Below are positions 18,507-27,625 of a stretch of DNA of 64,000 nt, one piece after another. Position 1 is the stretch's first letter, and each line of letters opens with the position of its first letter. This DNA is from a virus, in the IMG/VR virus record IMGVR_UViG_3300032287_003808, positions 67,435-131,434 of that record; one strand, given 5' to 3'. The notes under the pieces are model-generated. The model saw only the letters and a list, made by a program, of their open reading frames with translations, was not told the origin of the DNA and searched no databases. The position numbers were made by a program, and so were the translations under genes.

Positions 18507-19031
18507 TTATCTTTTAATACCTAATTCCTCTAATGTTTTTGGAGTATAATCAACCCGCTCACATGAAACACAAATGTAACGTTCATCTATTAATTGAGTT
18601 ATTTTGTATGTACCAAGGTGATAAACATCTCTCATTACTTGTTTGTCATGGATGTGACCATGAATGTTATAGTTGAAACGATAATCAAGTTCCATTGGAT
18701 GAATTGGACAATGTGTTAACATAACACCTTTGTATTGTATCATACCAGCTACACTTTCAACATATTCAAGTAATTTTTTAACGTCTTGTCGTCGGTCATG
18801 ATTACCTAATACAACATGTTTTATACCATTTAAACGATCAAGCAATGGGTATGGAGCTGATTTCTCCATTGTCACATCACCTAAAATATATGTAACGTCT
18901 CGTTTTGAAACAACACTATTATATTTTTCAATAATATATTCATCATGTTCTTCTACTGTTGAGAAGCCCCGATGTAAAGCCATGTTAATATGACCTAAAT
19001 GTAAGTCTGCTATAAATCGTACTATTGCCAT
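18507..19031 (-). CDS. calcineurin-like metallophosphoesterase
   Basis: DLHLGH, LGD, GNHD, HGHIH. Confidence 0.9.
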   Translation of the reverse strand: MAIVRFIADLHLGHINMALHRGFSTVEEHDEYIIEKYNSVVSKRDVTYILGDVTMEKSAPYPLLDRLNGIKHVVLGNHDRRQDVKKLLEYVESVAGMIQYKGVMLTHCPIHPMELDYRFNYNIHGHIHDKQVMRDVYHLGTYKITQLIDERYICVSCERVDYTPKTLEELGIKR

Positions 19032-19032
19032 C

Positions 19033-19239
19033 TTATTTTAAGTATTTAACTCTTCTAGTTTTAATTTCATCTTTATTATGTCCATCTCTAGTAAGTTGAA
19101 CTATGAGTTGCCGTTTTGAATGATATGCTACATTGTGAAAAGCAATTCCACCTTCAATATAAATATCATAACCAATATTAGTCCAACTTTCATCATAATA
19201 ATAACCCATGAACATAGTTCCATAATTTCTTCCAGCCAT
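19033..19239 (-). CDS. hypothetical protein
   Basis: Own promoter. Confidence 0.7.
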   Translation of the reverse strand: MAGRNYGTMFMGYYYDESWTNIGYDIYIEGGIAFHNVAYHSKRQLIVQLTRDGHNKDEIKTRRVKYLK

Positions 19240-19287
19240 AATTTTCTTTTTAATTTATTTTAATATACGAAACTTATTTTAATAAAT

Positions 19288-19497
19288 TTATTCCCCTATT
19301 TTTTCTTTAATGTCACCAATTGTGAATATACCTTGTGGTGAATTATCCATTGCTTCTACTTCTGTATCATCAGGTAACAATTCAGCAATTTCATTAGTAA
19401 AATAAACACTTACTTTTCCGTTTCCCACTCCTACACGTCGTGCTATAGGTTCTATTTCTCCTGTTGATGGTATTTTAACTCCAAATGTTGTACTCAT
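19288..19497 (-). CDS. hypothetical protein
   Basis: A-rich GAGTTATG start. Confidence 0.7.
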   Translation of the reverse strand: MSTTFGVKIPSTGEIEPIARRVGVGNGKVSVYFTNEIAELLPDDTEVEAMDNSPQGIFTIGDIKEKIGE

Positions 19498-19509
19498 AAC
19501 TCTTATTTT

Positions 19510-20007
19510 TTAATTGAAAAAGTCCCCTTCATCATCATTATTTCCACAGTCTCTTTCTCCACCTGCTTCACTTTCAAATCGGTCTTCAATTGAAAATCCT
19601 GCTGAGTCATATTTAGGACCATTATCAATTACAATTTCAACTTTAATTTCACCATCTACAAAACGACTAATTGTAAAGTATTCTACTTCAACTCCTACAT
19701 GAATTGATTCTTCTAGTTGTTGCTTCAATTCATTTAATTGTTCTTCATTTTCTAAAGCACCACAAGCAAATCCTTTTGAACCATAACCACTAATTCGGTA
19801 TGCGCCATATGGATTCTTTAGTTCTTTAATTTCCCAATCATCATCAGTCAATTCACTTAGTTTTTTATCCCGATTCTTAATTGTTGCTGAGTAGTGGTAG
19901 CCACAATGACTACAATTCACATACTCTTCTCCTGTCTTGTAATAAAAGTCATCATATGCTTCTTGATTACAATTTGGACATTCAATATCACTAATTACAC
20001 TTCCCAT
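19510..20007 (-). CDS. zinc-ribbon protein
   Basis: CPNC...CSHC. Confidence 0.75.
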   Translation of the reverse strand: MGSVISDIECPNCNQEAYDDFYYKTGEEYVNCSHCGYHYSATIKNRDKKLSELTDDDWEIKELKNPYGAYRISGYGSKGFACGALENEEQLNELKQQLEESIHVGVEVEYFTISRFVDGEIKVEIVIDNGPKYDSAGFSIEDRFESEAGGERDCGNNDDEGDFFN

Positions 20008-20069
20008 AATTTTCTTTTTTTTAATTTATATAAATATAAGTAAGACCCCCTAATGGGGGTCGTCCTTTA

Positions 20070-20879
20070 TTATTCTTCTTTACCTGTAACTAATCCATAA
20101 ACAATCTTATTATGAGCCAACTCATATGTTAGTTCTTGTTCTACATTCCCGTTTCGGTTCTTTTGAAATGACATATATGTTCCACCTCCATCTCGTTCTG
20201 ATCTACGTCTCATTTCTAGGAGCGCATCAGTCATATGTTTCAATTTATTTGAACCTACAAACTCTCCTGATTTAGTTACTTGTTGTATTAGTAGGAATGC
20301 TGTGAATTTATTTTCTTTATTCTCACCTTTGTTATGTCTAACACAAACATCAACTAACCATGATTCAGCTGTTTTACGATCCCATCCATTATCATCTCTA
20401 ACACCGTCTAGTACTTCCGCAATTGAATCTATCAAAATACAATCATATCCTAAGTCAAATGCTTGTTCCATAACATCCTTAGTATTGTATTGAGTATAAT
20501 CACTCACAAATAATGTATCTACAACACCAAACTGTTTAAATCGTTCAGTGTATTTAAACATCTGTTTGCGACCCATTTCACCCGACACAAACAAACATTT
20601 TGAGCCTTTGTTTTGAACCGCCGATAGGATGTCTAACATTACTGTTGTTTTTCCAACACCTGGATCTCCGATAATCATAACATTAGAAGCACATGGTATG
20701 CCTTGTTCGTGGGAAAAGAACCCATCAATAGTTTTAATTCCACTTGGCATTGCTTCTAACATTCTTGGATTAACATCTAGTTGATCCAACTTAGTGATTT
20801 GTGAAAAATCAATCAGTGAAGGCACTGCTGCTACATTACTGTACTTTGCGGGGCGACCGCGTCTTTTCATTTCTTCCAT
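20070..20879 (-). CDS. RadA/Sms-like RecA-family ATPase with N-terminal AT-hook
   Basis: GDPGVGKT, SGE, LIDSI, LKHMTD, KNR; N-terminal RRGRP. Confidence 0.85.
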   Translation of the reverse strand: MEEMKRRGRPAKYSNVAAVPSLIDFSQITKLDQLDVNPRMLEAMPSGIKTIDGFFSHEQGIPCASNVMIIGDPGVGKTTVMLDILSAVQNKGSKCLFVSGEMGRKQMFKYTERFKQFGVVDTLFVSDYTQYNTKDVMEQAFDLGYDCILIDSIAEVLDGVRDDNGWDRKTAESWLVDVCVRHNKGENKENKFTAFLLIQQVTKSGEFVGSNKLKHMTDALLEMRRRSERDGGGTYMSFQKNRNGNVEQELTYELAHNKIVYGLVTGKEE

Positions 20880-20923
20880 AACCTTTTTTATTTTTTAATT
20901 TATCTAAATATACGAAACTTATT

Positions 20924-21469
20924 TTAAATAAAATCTTCCTCTACTAATTTATCTTTAAGAAGATCTCTTAATTTAGCTTTTGCTTTGAATAGATTTGATT
21001 TAGAAGTCCCTTCATTTATACCTAATATTTCAGCTACTTCTTTATGTGGGTGTTCTTCTAACACATATAATTTAAAAACTTTCCTATATGAATCAGGTAG
21101 TTTCTCTATTGTTAATAGTATTGTATCTAAAAAATCCTCACTATACTTTTTTTCCTCAGATTTAAGATGAGTAGTATTAACATCAACAGTATTGTTTTTG
21201 AATTTATCTTTTCTTATTTCATCAATAGCTGTATTAATTACAATTCTACGCATCCACCCCTCTATTGAGTTGTTATATGAGTATTGAGATATTCTGTTAA
21301 ATATTTTAATAAAACTGAGTTGTACTATGTCTTGTGCTTGGTGTTCGTTTTGAGTGTATTTAAGGCTCACATGCAACATTTTACTGTAGAACATATTGAA
21401 CAGTGTTGTTTGACTCGCTTGTTTGTTTTGAACGCATCCATCAATGATATGTTTAAGATTATTTTCCAT
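20924..21469 (-). CDS. ECF-type RNA polymerase sigma factor
   Basis: AQDIVQLSFIKIF, GWMRRIVINTAID, LPDSYRKVF, EVAEILGINEGTSKSNLFKAK; likely start MENNLK. Confidence 0.9.
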   Translation of the reverse strand: MENNLKHIIDGCVQNKQASQTTLFNMFYSKMLHVSLKYTQNEHQAQDIVQLSFIKIFNRISQYSYNNSIEGWMRRIVINTAIDEIRKDKFKNNTVDVNTTHLKSEEKKYSEDFLDTILLTIEKLPDSYRKVFKLYVLEEHPHKEVAEILGINEGTSKSNLFKAKAKLRDLLKDKLVEEDFI

Positions 21470-21665
21470 CAATATACTCATCTGTAAGGCATACATTACA
21501 TTTTTGCTTTGGGGCAAAATTATAAGTGTATATTCCTAATAATAATAGACCCCAAGTATAAAACCAATATTTAGGGTGGAATAATGCTTTGAAGAATAAA
21601 CTCACAGCCATTATAACAAAACTAATCATCAACACTCCACTAATAACATTCCAAAACCCTTTCAT
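21459..21665 (-). CDS. small membrane protein (possible anti-sigma partner)
   Basis: Two TM segments, CxxC, translationally coupled to the ECF sigma. Confidence 0.6.
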   Translation of the reverse strand: MKGFWNVISGVLMISFVIMAVSLFFKALFHPKYWFYTWGLLLLGIYTYNFAPKQKCNVCLTDEYIDGK

Positions 21666-21712
21666 AATTTTTTTATTTAAATATAAGTAAAATATCTTAT
21701 TTAAAATATTCC

Positions 21713-22231
21713 TTATTCAAATACAATTGTATCTCCTCTTAATGAGTATTGAAATGATCTTCCAATTTCATATTGTCTATATTGAGATGTTTTAAGGTAC
21801 TTTCTAATTGTGTCTTTAGCTTTGGTAAGTGGCTTTCTAGTATCTTCTTTTTTATCACCTTCTTCTAATACTACTTTTTTCACTTTCATTCCATATACAA
21901 ACAAAGTCCCTTTCTCATTATGTACTTTCAAACCAGCACCTAAATGAGTATAAGCATTCTTAATCCCTTCAGAACGATTTTTAGATGGTGTTTGAAAGCT
22001 ACTTAACAATTCCACTCTAGCTTCTTCTAATAATTCAACATCTACAGAACTATTTAGAGTAGATACATCTAATCCTTTTAGATACTCTATATCTTTCAGT
22101 TTAGCTTTTTCATAATCAACTCCAACATTGAATAATGTTTGATGTTTCTCATTCTGTTGATTAACATATGTAACCGATACAAACGATACACCTGTAATTT
22201 CTTTTAGCTTTTCAATCAATTTTTCTGTCAT
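21713..22231 (-). CDS. hypothetical protein
   Basis: Own promoter. Confidence 0.75.
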   Translation of the reverse strand: MTEKLIEKLKEITGVSFVSVTYVNQQNEKHQTLFNVGVDYEKAKLKDIEYLKGLDVSTLNSSVDVELLEEARVELLSSFQTPSKNRSEGIKNAYTHLGAGLKVHNEKGTLFVYGMKVKKVVLEEGDKKEDTRKPLTKAKDTIRKYLKTSQYRQYEIGRSFQYSLRGDTIVFE

Positions 22232-22279
22232 AACTTTTTTATTTTAATATACGAAACTCATTTGGGGTAACCTATTCCT

Positions 22280-22633
22280 TTACTTCTGGCAGCAGTAACA
22301 GAAGCTTTCTTCATAATCATAATTGTCAGCTATTTCTCTTAGCTGTTCAACTGTAACTGTGTTATAAAATTCTTCACCCCGGCCAACTACATCATAAACT
22401 AAATCACTCCAACTATCATCACTCACATCAATTCCAGGTCCACCATCTCGTCCTAACCAAGCATCTTGATATGTTCTTGATAATAATCCTGCTTTACTAT
22501 GAATAAATTCTTTTAGTGTTTTAAAATCATCATCTGATAGTTCTGACCATTCGTTTGATATTCTTTTGTAACTATGGTCTAGTTTCCATCGGGCTGCTTC
22601 AATTAGTTGCCAACATTTTTTCTCGTTCATCAT
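22280..22633 (-). CDS. DUF4240-like protein
   Basis: MNEKKCWQLIE...SDDSWSDLVYDVVGRGEEFY...EESFCY. Confidence 0.6.
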   Translation of the reverse strand: MMNEKKCWQLIEAARWKLDHSYKRISNEWSELSDDDFKTLKEFIHSKAGLLSRTYQDAWLGRDGGPGIDVSDDSWSDLVYDVVGRGEEFYNTVTVEQLREIADNYDYEESFCYCCQK

Positions 22634-22683
22634 AACCTTTATTTTTTAATTTACTTTAATATACGAAACCTATTTTATAAAAT

Positions 22684-22920
22684 CTATTCCTCCTCAAACT
22701 CCATACATACAACCATATGTTCAGGTAAGTATTCTACTTGGCCAGCGCTTTCATTGTATTTTGTATACTCCGGGTTTTCAATTATTTCAAAGTAACATTT
22801 ATCTTTTTGAATATAAAGCAAACGGCCTCGTAATGTTGAGAATAAATTACTAGTTAATACCCGCCCAATCATTTCATTGAGTTTAGGTGTTTGTGGTGTA
22901 CGGAGTGTAACTCGTTTCAT
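22684..22920 (-). CDS. hypothetical protein
   Basis: Coupled ORF. Confidence 0.7.
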   Translation of the reverse strand: MKRVTLRTPQTPKLNEMIGRVLTSNLFSTLRGRLLYIQKDKCYFEIIENPEYTKYNESAGQVEYLPEHMVVCMEFEEE

Positions 22921-23150
22921 CTTACAATATCTATTGCTTGTTTAACTTTACCTAACAACGCTTCTAAATCTTCAGGTCCATCTATAGCCCATTGCTCTGT
23001 TTTTAAAACATAAAATGCTCCTTCTGAATCTGAGATGCCCATATCTGACATACATTCGATTGTTAGTAGTTCATACCCACCCATGTCATTTGAACAACAA
23101 TTTTCTTCTTGGATGAATTCAAATGTAACTTTATCTAATTTAATTTCCAT
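22917..23150 (-). CDS. hypothetical protein
   Basis: ORF in operon. Confidence 0.7.
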   Translation of the reverse strand: MEIKLDKVTFEFIQEENCCSNDMGGYELLTIECMSDMGISDSEGAFYVLKTEQWAIDGPEDLEALLGKVKQAIDIVR

Positions 23151-23156
23151 AATCTT

Positions 23157-23507
23157 TTATTTAACAAATAATTGTACTAATAATATTCCAAAGGCTAATA
23201 TTAAGCAAATGATAGTTTTCATTGTTAACGGTTCATTAAATACAGACCAACTCAACCAACTAAACACCATCGCACCAATTGAAAATCCAATTAAACGTGA
23301 TGGCCACATTTGACCATCAAATGCTGTTATCATATTTTTAACCGAGTACATAAACAACATTGATATTGGAATACCCATTAATACTGTTAACCAATAATGG
23401 GTTTTAAACCATTCATACTTCATAGGGCCTTGTAGTTGAAAAAATGTAGCTATTTGAGCTAATAATCCAAAAATCATTCCTAATAATAATGCTCCAATAT
23501 TTACCAT
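23157..23507 (-). CDS. DMT/EamA-like 4-TM membrane protein
   Basis: 4 TM segments; LSWSVFNEPLTMKTIICL. Confidence 0.7.
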   Translation of the reverse strand: MVNIGALLLGMIFGLLAQIATFFQLQGPMKYEWFKTHYWLTVLMGIPISMLFMYSVKNMITAFDGQMWPSRLIGFSIGAMVFSWLSWSVFNEPLTMKTIICLILAFGILLVQLFVK

Positions 23508-23510
23508 ATT

Positions 23511-23612
23511 TTATACTATACAACCACAATTACTGCATTTAACTATTGTTAGACCATTCATGTGGCGTACTGCTACATAAGTCTTTTTGTGTTCACATTT
23601 AACTGTTTCCAT
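23511..23612 (-). CDS. 33-aa zinc-ribbon peptide
   Basis: CEH...CSNC; own promoter. Confidence 0.6.
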   Translation of the reverse strand: METVKCEHKKTYVAVRHMNGLTIVKCSNCGCIV

Positions 23613-23664
23613 AACTTTTTATTTTAATATACGAAATTTCTTTTGCTTAAACAATTCCTTTAAT

Positions 23665-23702
23665 AAAAAAACCTGCCGTGCGTTCGTATCCACACGGCAG
23701 GT
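23665..23702 (-). terminator. intrinsic terminator
   Basis: ACCTGCCGTG-N12-CACGGCAGGT followed by TTTTTT. Confidence 0.85.
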
Positions 23703-23728
23703 AAAAGAAACGGTTATGAAGCGTTTTG

Positions 23729-23787
23729 TAGTCAGGACAGGATTCGAACCTGTGGGTGCCTACCAGCGTATAATTGCTTACCTGACT
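23729..23787 (-). ncRNA. 59-nt tRNA-like RNA with rudimentary anticodon arm
   Basis: Acceptor AGTCAGG/CCTGACT-A, T-arm ACAGG-TTCGAAT-CCTGT, D-like AGC/GCT, only a GGT-AGGC-ACC mini-hairpin. Confidence 0.7.
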
Positions 23788-23853
23788 TACCCCGAATCTT
23801 ATAGTAGCGGCACCTTTACGCGGCCGTCGGTTCTACTTGCGACGATTTGTTGC

Positions 23854-24657
23854 TTAGGCTGCTATATATTTAGCAGCCACTGCAAACAATTCTTTATTAA
23901 CTTTCAAGTCTTGATTGAAGTTCTTGATTCTACGAGCCTTTCTACTTCTATTTCCCGCTACGTAGTTAAAGTCTCCATCCAAAATCTTCTCTTGAACCAC
24001 ATTAAATATTGACCACAAGTCACTTCCTTCATCTTCCTTACGAACTGGTTTCAATAGTTCCTTAGCGTCAACTGTAATCCGTTTCATTTCATCTTCATTG
24101 AATCGTGTTGCTAATGCTTTCAAAGCAAACTCAACTGCTTGTTTCTCATCCAGTTGTATACTCTTCATTTTATTCATTGACTCAACAGTCAATGGTAGAC
24201 GTTCAACCATTTCCCGGATCTTTACTTGTAGTTCTTCAAATGTATACCCTAAGTGTCTCATCTTGACATCTTCAAACTGTTCAGTTGAAATTACTAGTCC
24301 GTTCTCACATACCATTCTAAACAAACCAGCTGTAAATGTAAATGCATTTTTACCATCATGGCTATTTGTTAATAGAATCTGTGGAAAAACATCATCACCA
24401 TCTGTACCATTAATTACTACTTCTGGGTTTCTAAATACAATCAGATGTTTCTGGAATCCTACACCTTTACGTGCTTTAACTTCCTTGGCATCTACTACTT
24501 GCCATCCTAATTGTTTCATGTCATCCACAATTACTGATGTTGGGATGTGAGTGTAATGTTGTGATACATTACTAGCCGCTGTGGCTGTGAATACGCTCGG
24601 AGCGATTCTTTTGATTTGCTCATTTGTCAAAAATGAGTCTTTGCTTAGATCTAACAT
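23854..24657 (-). CDS. DUF932/DUF945 family protein
   Basis: LLTNSHDG, AGLFRMVCENGL, DLWSIFNVVQE. Confidence 0.9.
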   Translation of the reverse strand: MLDLSKDSFLTNEQIKRIAPSVFTATAASNVSQHYTHIPTSVIVDDMKQLGWQVVDAKEVKARKGVGFQKHLIVFRNPEVVINGTDGDDVFPQILLTNSHDGKNAFTFTAGLFRMVCENGLVISTEQFEDVKMRHLGYTFEELQVKIREMVERLPLTVESMNKMKSIQLDEKQAVEFALKALATRFNEDEMKRITVDAKELLKPVRKEDEGSDLWSIFNVVQEKILDGDFNYVAGNRSRKARRIKNFNQDLKVNKELFAVAAKYIAA

Positions 24658-24727
24658 AACTTTTCTTTTTTAATTAAACACTTATCTTTTTAATTTATTT
24701 TAATATACGAAAGATAATTTTAAAAAT

Positions 24728-25306
24728 TTAATCCCTTTCAAAGTTTATATAACCTTCATTAAGGTACTTATTCACATACACTTCAGGGTGTTGAAGAAAT
24801 GATTCAATTTTCTGTTGCTTATCAATAGCCTTCTCAGTGAATTCTCTTTTTAGTCTTTCCTTACCCATCTCAACTAATTCAGGTAGTTCATAAGCACAAT
24901 CGCCCCATCTAGCAACTAATACTTTTTCAGTGTTCCAGGTATAACCATTTTCTCTATCACTTTGAGTTCGATATCTTTCTCCCACAATCAAAGGATCAGG
25001 ATTTTTATTATCGAACCATACTTTAATAAAGTCAAACATTTCGTTGTCTTTAATAAACTTAATGGCGCGTAATACTTCAACTGGTACTGTGCTTCGATTA
25101 TATTCTTCTAGACTAGTTTTAGCAGGGCATAACGCTTCTAATGCTCTAATTTGTACTTGGTTTAATGTTTGATAGACACTAGGTGTTTTACCTTGTTTTA
25201 CCTCAGGGATACCTAATTCCTCTGCTAATTTTTGATACTCTGCTAGCTCATTTTCGTCTAGCAACAAACCTACATTTTCAGGTTCGCGATAAATTTTAAC
25301 TTCCAT
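24728..25306 (-). CDS. hypothetical protein
   Basis: Own promoter; PDPLIVG..VARWGD. Confidence 0.8.
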   Translation of the reverse strand: MEVKIYREPENVGLLLDENELAEYQKLAEELGIPEVKQGKTPSVYQTLNQVQIRALEALCPAKTSLEEYNRSTVPVEVLRAIKFIKDNEMFDFIKVWFDNKNPDPLIVGERYRTQSDRENGYTWNTEKVLVARWGDCAYELPELVEMGKERLKREFTEKAIDKQQKIESFLQHPEVYVNKYLNEGYINFERD

Positions 25307-25365
25307 AACTGTTATTTTTTAATTTATTTAAATATAAGTAACCTATTTTTAAAAGCCTATTCCTT

Positions 25366-25482
25366 TTACCCCGCCAGACAATAAAGTACAATCATTATGA
25401 TTATTAATAATGATACAGCCGCACCCATAGCATCTTCTGGTTCTGGTTCTGTATTTGGGTTGTCGAAATCTATTTTTATCAT
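25366..25482 (-). CDS. 38-aa membrane peptide
   Basis: MIKIDFDNPNTEPEPEDAMGAAVSLLIIIMIVLYCLAG. Confidence 0.5.
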   Translation of the reverse strand: MIKIDFDNPNTEPEPEDAMGAAVSLLIIIMIVLYCLAG

Positions 25483-25492
25483 ATGTTGTTTA

Positions 25493-26062
25493 TTAATCCC
25501 ACCAGTTTTTTATTTGTTGTTCTAGTATTTTGAATAATAATTCATGTGAGCGTTTTTGATTGTTATATGCGATACACATTGCTATTTCTTTTCTATCAGT
25601 CCCATCTGTTGGTTTTCCATACCAAGCGATTTTCCCTTCTAAAGCAAGTTTATATTGACGAGGATATAAAGCAAAATATTCATCTAAATTATCTTCAACA
25701 GTGATAAACTCCATTGTGTACCATTTATTAGTTTCATCCGTTGGAATAAATTCATGTTCCTGGTGTAGATAATCTAAGTATTCAGTTTCATATGCATCTT
25801 CTTGTTGAATATAACATAAGCGAGCACACAATAACATCATTTCAGCATCGCGTTGAGCAGTAGTGTGACGATCATTACCTCCTATACAACATGCTTGCTG
25901 TTCAAGTTTAAACTGGAGGATTTTATAGATATAATTACTATCCCAGTTTCTATCTTTCCAAATTGTAGGGAACCATTCCCATAGATTTTTCATACCTTGA
26001 ATGAAGTCTTTATGGTAATATCTACCTTCATACTTCCACCATAATCTTATTTTATAAAACAT
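25493..26062 (-). CDS. phage hypothetical protein
   Basis: WFPTIWKDRNWD ... NWWD. Confidence 0.8.
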   Translation of the reverse strand: MFYKIRLWWKYEGRYYHKDFIQGMKNLWEWFPTIWKDRNWDSNYIYKILQFKLEQQACCIGGNDRHTTAQRDAEMMLLCARLCYIQQEDAYETEYLDYLHQEHEFIPTDETNKWYTMEFITVEDNLDEYFALYPRQYKLALEGKIAWYGKPTDGTDRKEIAMCIAYNNQKRSHELLFKILEQQIKNWWD

Positions 26063-26065
26063 ATC

Positions 26066-26338
26066 TTATTTTTCACATCCTTTATAAGCAAAATCATCAA
26101 CAGATGATATTCCACATTTGCAAGTATTTGTATCTGTGTTAAACATACACCCTTTTAATGCTTTCTTTTTGTTCTCTACCCATACTGCTCGTTCAGCGTC
26201 TATAGATGATACTCTATTTTCAGGGTATATTGTACGGGCTACTCTTAGTCGTTTTTTAGGCTCAACTGGCTTTTTACAAAGCATACCTAAGTTTCTTAGG
26301 AAACTAAACAACCGATACTTTAATCTTTTCTTTGTCAT
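26066..26338 (-). CDS. hypothetical protein
   Basis: Own promoter. Confidence 0.7.
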   Translation of the reverse strand: MTKKRLKYRLFSFLRNLGMLCKKPVEPKKRLRVARTIYPENRVSSIDAERAVWVENKKKALKGCMFNTDTNTCKCGISSVDDFAYKGCEK

Positions 26339-26382
26339 AACTTTTATTTTTATTTGAATATACGAAACTTATTTTTAAAGAT

Positions 26383-26679
26383 CTATTCCTCTACTTTAGG
26401 AAAATCACTAAATTTTAAACCCCACATTAAGCCAGCCCAATTCATTTCTTTTTCTGCTTGTTTAGCATACATGTTAAGTTTCTTTTGAAAATATTTTTTA
26501 CCCCATTCCTGCCACTCACCATATTGTGCTTCAGTTATTGTCCATTCATTGAACCAACTGTCTTTACGATCTTTTATGTCTTCGTAAGTGACATCATGAC
26601 CAGCAATTTTAAACATTTTATTAATGATGTCAATTATTGCTTGGTCAATTTTTTCTTGTCTGCTTAATCTTTTTGCCAT
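26383..26679 (-). CDS. hypothetical protein
   Basis: ORF in operon. Confidence 0.75.
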   Translation of the reverse strand: MAKRLSRQEKIDQAIIDIINKMFKIAGHDVTYEDIKDRKDSWFNEWTITEAQYGEWQEWGKKYFQKKLNMYAKQAEKEMNWAGLMWGLKFSDFPKVEE

Positions 26680-26680
26680 A

Positions 26681-26881
26681 TTATTTTTCTATTGATTTCA
26701 TATTTTTCCAATCCGAAATAACATTATTTACTCTTACTCTATATTTGAATACAGACAATGGATGACATTCAACAATAAATTCTCCTTCATACCATTGATC
26801 TGGTTTGTATTGTTTATGAAATTCAGGTAAGAATATATTGCTTACTAGTACTTTATCTCCTTTGGTTGTTTTCATAACCAT
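26681..26881 (-). CDS. hypothetical protein
   Basis: ORF in operon. Confidence 0.65.
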   Translation of the reverse strand: MVMKTTKGDKVLVSNIFLPEFHKQYKPDQWYEGEFIVECHPLSVFKYRVRVNNVISDWKNMKSIEK

Positions 26882-27624
26882 ATTATTTCATTTGTAATAT
26901 TATCCCATTCAAAATTAAATGGTAAATTTGCATACATATACTGTTCATTCAAAACGGCTGCATTAAAGAAATGTGTATGCCCATCAAAATAGTATCCATA
27001 TCCTTGATGTATATGTCCACAAACATGAATTTTTGGACGAATCTCATTTATTCGTTGTCGTAACATTTCACAACCAACATTGACTCCATTGTATCGAACA
27101 AAATCCAAATGTCCATATGCTGGTCCATGTGTAACTAGAATGTCTGTATTGTCTGGGATTGCATCCCACCGTGCTCTCATTTCCTCTCCGTTGCGAGGCA
27201 AGTTAAATGCCCAATTACAAAATTCAGGTTGCCAAGGTGAACCATATATGCGAACATTTTCTTCAGGCATATCTCCGTTTGGTCCATCAAAATATAGAGC
27301 AAGCTCTCCATCTTGTAGATATTCTATTGTTTTATATCCTGTTAAATAACCTTGAGCCCACGTTGGATCATCTTCCATTATACGGTCATGATTACCAGCA
27401 ATGAATATTTTTGTATCATAGTTGGTGATTGCTTCAAACCAATTAAAAAATTCAATTGCTTCTGTTTTATAGTAACCTGAATTCATAAAATCACCAGCAT
27501 GTATCAAAATGTCACCTCCAGGTAAATCTAGCGGTTGATCCATCTTGCGTAACGACTTTGTTGTTGAAAGTTGGTTATGCTTTGTATGGGTATCTGATAT
27601 TAAAGTAATTTTAAATTTTCCCAT
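26872..27624 (-). CDS. metallophosphoesterase (MPPED-like)
   Basis: SDTH, HAGD, AGNHD, THGP, CGHIH. Confidence 0.9.
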   Translation of the reverse strand: MGKFKITLISDTHTKHNQLSTTKSLRKMDQPLDLPGGDILIHAGDFMNSGYYKTEAIEFFNWFEAITNYDTKIFIAGNHDRIMEDDPTWAQGYLTGYKTIEYLQDGELALYFDGPNGDMPEENVRIYGSPWQPEFCNWAFNLPRNGEEMRARWDAIPDNTDILVTHGPAYGHLDFVRYNGVNVGCEMLRQRINEIRPKIHVCGHIHQGYGYYFDGHTHFFNAAVLNEQYMYANLPFNFEWDNITNEIIWL

Positions 27625-27625
27625 T

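Larger units (their letters stand above)
5940..26370 (-). promoter_or_regulatory. array of ~45 early promoters: GG(A/T)-~22 nt-CGTATATT(A/T)A, followed by an A-rich leader and (G/A)GTTATG
   Basis: Plus-strand aatata(c/a/t)g(t/a)aa upstream of almost every small ORF (e.g. 5944, 6197, 7496, 9163, 12419, 15147, 19262, 24702); resembles the Bacteroidota -7 TAnnTTTG element. Confidence 0.85.

Noticed and set aside
23716-24012. Plus-strand ORF MKRFVVRTGFEP with a native-looking AAACGGTTATG start
   Set aside because: Antisense to a tRNA-like fold and the DUF932 gene, with no plus-strand promoter; read instead as an antisense seed, though not fully excluded
5940-26370. CRISPR array or integron-type attC cassettes
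   Set aside because: The repeats are degenerate promoter/leader motifs separated by whole genes; no palindromic repeats with spacers, and no cas genes or integrase
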